Part shown: positions 63,096-64,000 of the stretch, piece after piece | Layout of the letters: each line of letters begins with the position of its first letter | Numbering within the stretch: the first letter of the stretch is position 1 | Assembly (NCBI GenBank): GCA_050950825.1 | Contig: JBMNIH010000009.1 | Coordinates: forward strand, 160,001 to 224,000 | Length of the DNA stretch: 64,000 nucleotides | Direction: 5' to 3' | Source: Clostridia bacterium | GTDB lineage: Bacteria; Bacillota; Clostridia; JAAYHZ01 | The notes under the pieces: model-generated | The model's input: only the letters and a program-made list of their open reading frames with translations | What the model was told of the DNA's origin: nothing | The model's database searches: none | Position numbers and translations under genes: made by a program

Positions 63096-64000
63096 ATGGC
63101 TAAAGTATTTGTAAACTTCAAAGATCAGCATTATACGTTGGAAACCGAGGAAAACAAGGTGCTTTTGGATTTATTGAGAGAAAATAAAATTGACATTCCG
63201 GCACCTTGCGGAGGCAAATCGCGATGCGGTAAATGTACTGTACAAGTGGTAGGCGGTCATGTCAGCGACATGACGGAGCATGAAAAAAACATATTGGGAA
63301 AAGAACGCACGGATGCAGGTTACAGGCTGTCTTGCATGACGAAGGTTCTCGGCGATTGCCGTGTTATTGTACCGGATTTTTCAAGCCAAGCTGCCATTAT
63401 GACGGATTTATCCGGTATAACCTTTACGGGAAACGGTATTGTGAATAAATTAACAATAGAATTGAATAAACCCAATGTTCACGACCAGGTATCGGATTTA
63501 GAGAGGATAAGTCAAAAGTGCAGTATAAAATTATTCGAAAACAATCCGGTCTTTTTAAACAAGCTGCCGAAGCTTTTGCGGCAGCAGGACTTTAAACCTA
63601 AAGCCGTATTTATCGAAGGCATGCTTGCCGATATTCCGGACAGCAACCGCAAGAAAGACTGTTTTGGTATCGCCGTTGATATCGGCACAACGACGGTCGC
63701 CGTTTACTTATATGATTTTGTAAGTAAAGCGCCTTTGGACCAAATGTCCTTCTTAAATCCTCAAAAAGCTTTCGGAGCCGATGTCATTTCCAGAATAGAC
63801 AGCTGTATTCAATCGGAAGAAAATTTAATAAGGCAGAAAAATTTGATAACGGACGGAATTAATCGGAGTATTGAGACCTTATGCAATAAAAACGGATTGG
63901 AAAAAGAAGATATTTATACGGTGTCCGTCGCGGGAAATACCACCATGATGCATTTGTTTATGGGAATATCTCCGGTCAATATCGCTTTTTCGCCGTTTAT
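63096..64000 (+). CDS. ASKHA-type reductive activator of corrinoid proteins (RACo-like), 3'-partial
   Basis: ATG immediately after the upstream TAA; 2Fe-2S motif CGGKSRCGKC...RLSC; GIAVDIGTTT, NPQ, FGADVISR, GNTTM.H. Confidence 0.88.
   Translation, partial: MAKVFVNFKDQHYTLETEENKVLLDLLRENKIDIPAPCGGKSRCGKCTVQVVGGHVSDMTEHEKNILGKERTDAGYRLSCMTKVLGDCRVIVPDFSSQAAIMTDLSGITFTGNGIVNKLTIELNKPNVHDQVSDLERISQKCSIKLFENNPVFLNKLPKLLRQQDFKPKAVFIEGMLADIPDSNRKKDCFGIAVDIGTTTVAVYLYDFVSKAPLDQMSFLNPQKAFGADVISRIDSCIQSEENLIRQKNLITDGINRSIETLCNKNGLEKEDIYTVSVAGNTTMMHLFMGISPVNIAFSPF

Overview
64 kb of chromosome from an endospore-forming Clostridia-type Firmicute (inferred from gene content). Core blocks: yggS-sepF-yggT, T-box-ileS, alr, murA-ftsQ-ftsA-ftsZ-spoIIGA-sigE-sigG-ylmC-yaaH-nrdR, dprA-topA-recG-PRTase-radC, comEC, rpsT/holA/gpr, ligA, gltX. 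Accessory sugar/C1-metabolism genes are interleaved: URO-D-like methyltransferases, duplicated Fe-S aldo/keto reductases, SIS-GatZ-PfkB, GH-like proteins, solute-binding lipoproteins, RACo. Most notable: (1) an intact IS110-family element (~43132-45073) whose ~500-nt 3' non-coding end holds a duplicated hairpin motif and short segments matching its own ends and its target, a candidate bridge/seek RNA; it sits at a host promoter's predicted start site; (2) two unannotated paralogous Cys-containing membrane micro-proteins; (3) a perfect 16-bp inverted repeat that buries the comEC start codon; (4) a small gene with a LexA box in its promoter, upstream of dprA; (5) an FtsA with degenerate ATPase motifs; (6) an inverted holA-rpsT block and two broken genes. 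No rRNA, tRNA or CRISPR array was seen. All family assignments come from motif recognition by eye, not database searches.
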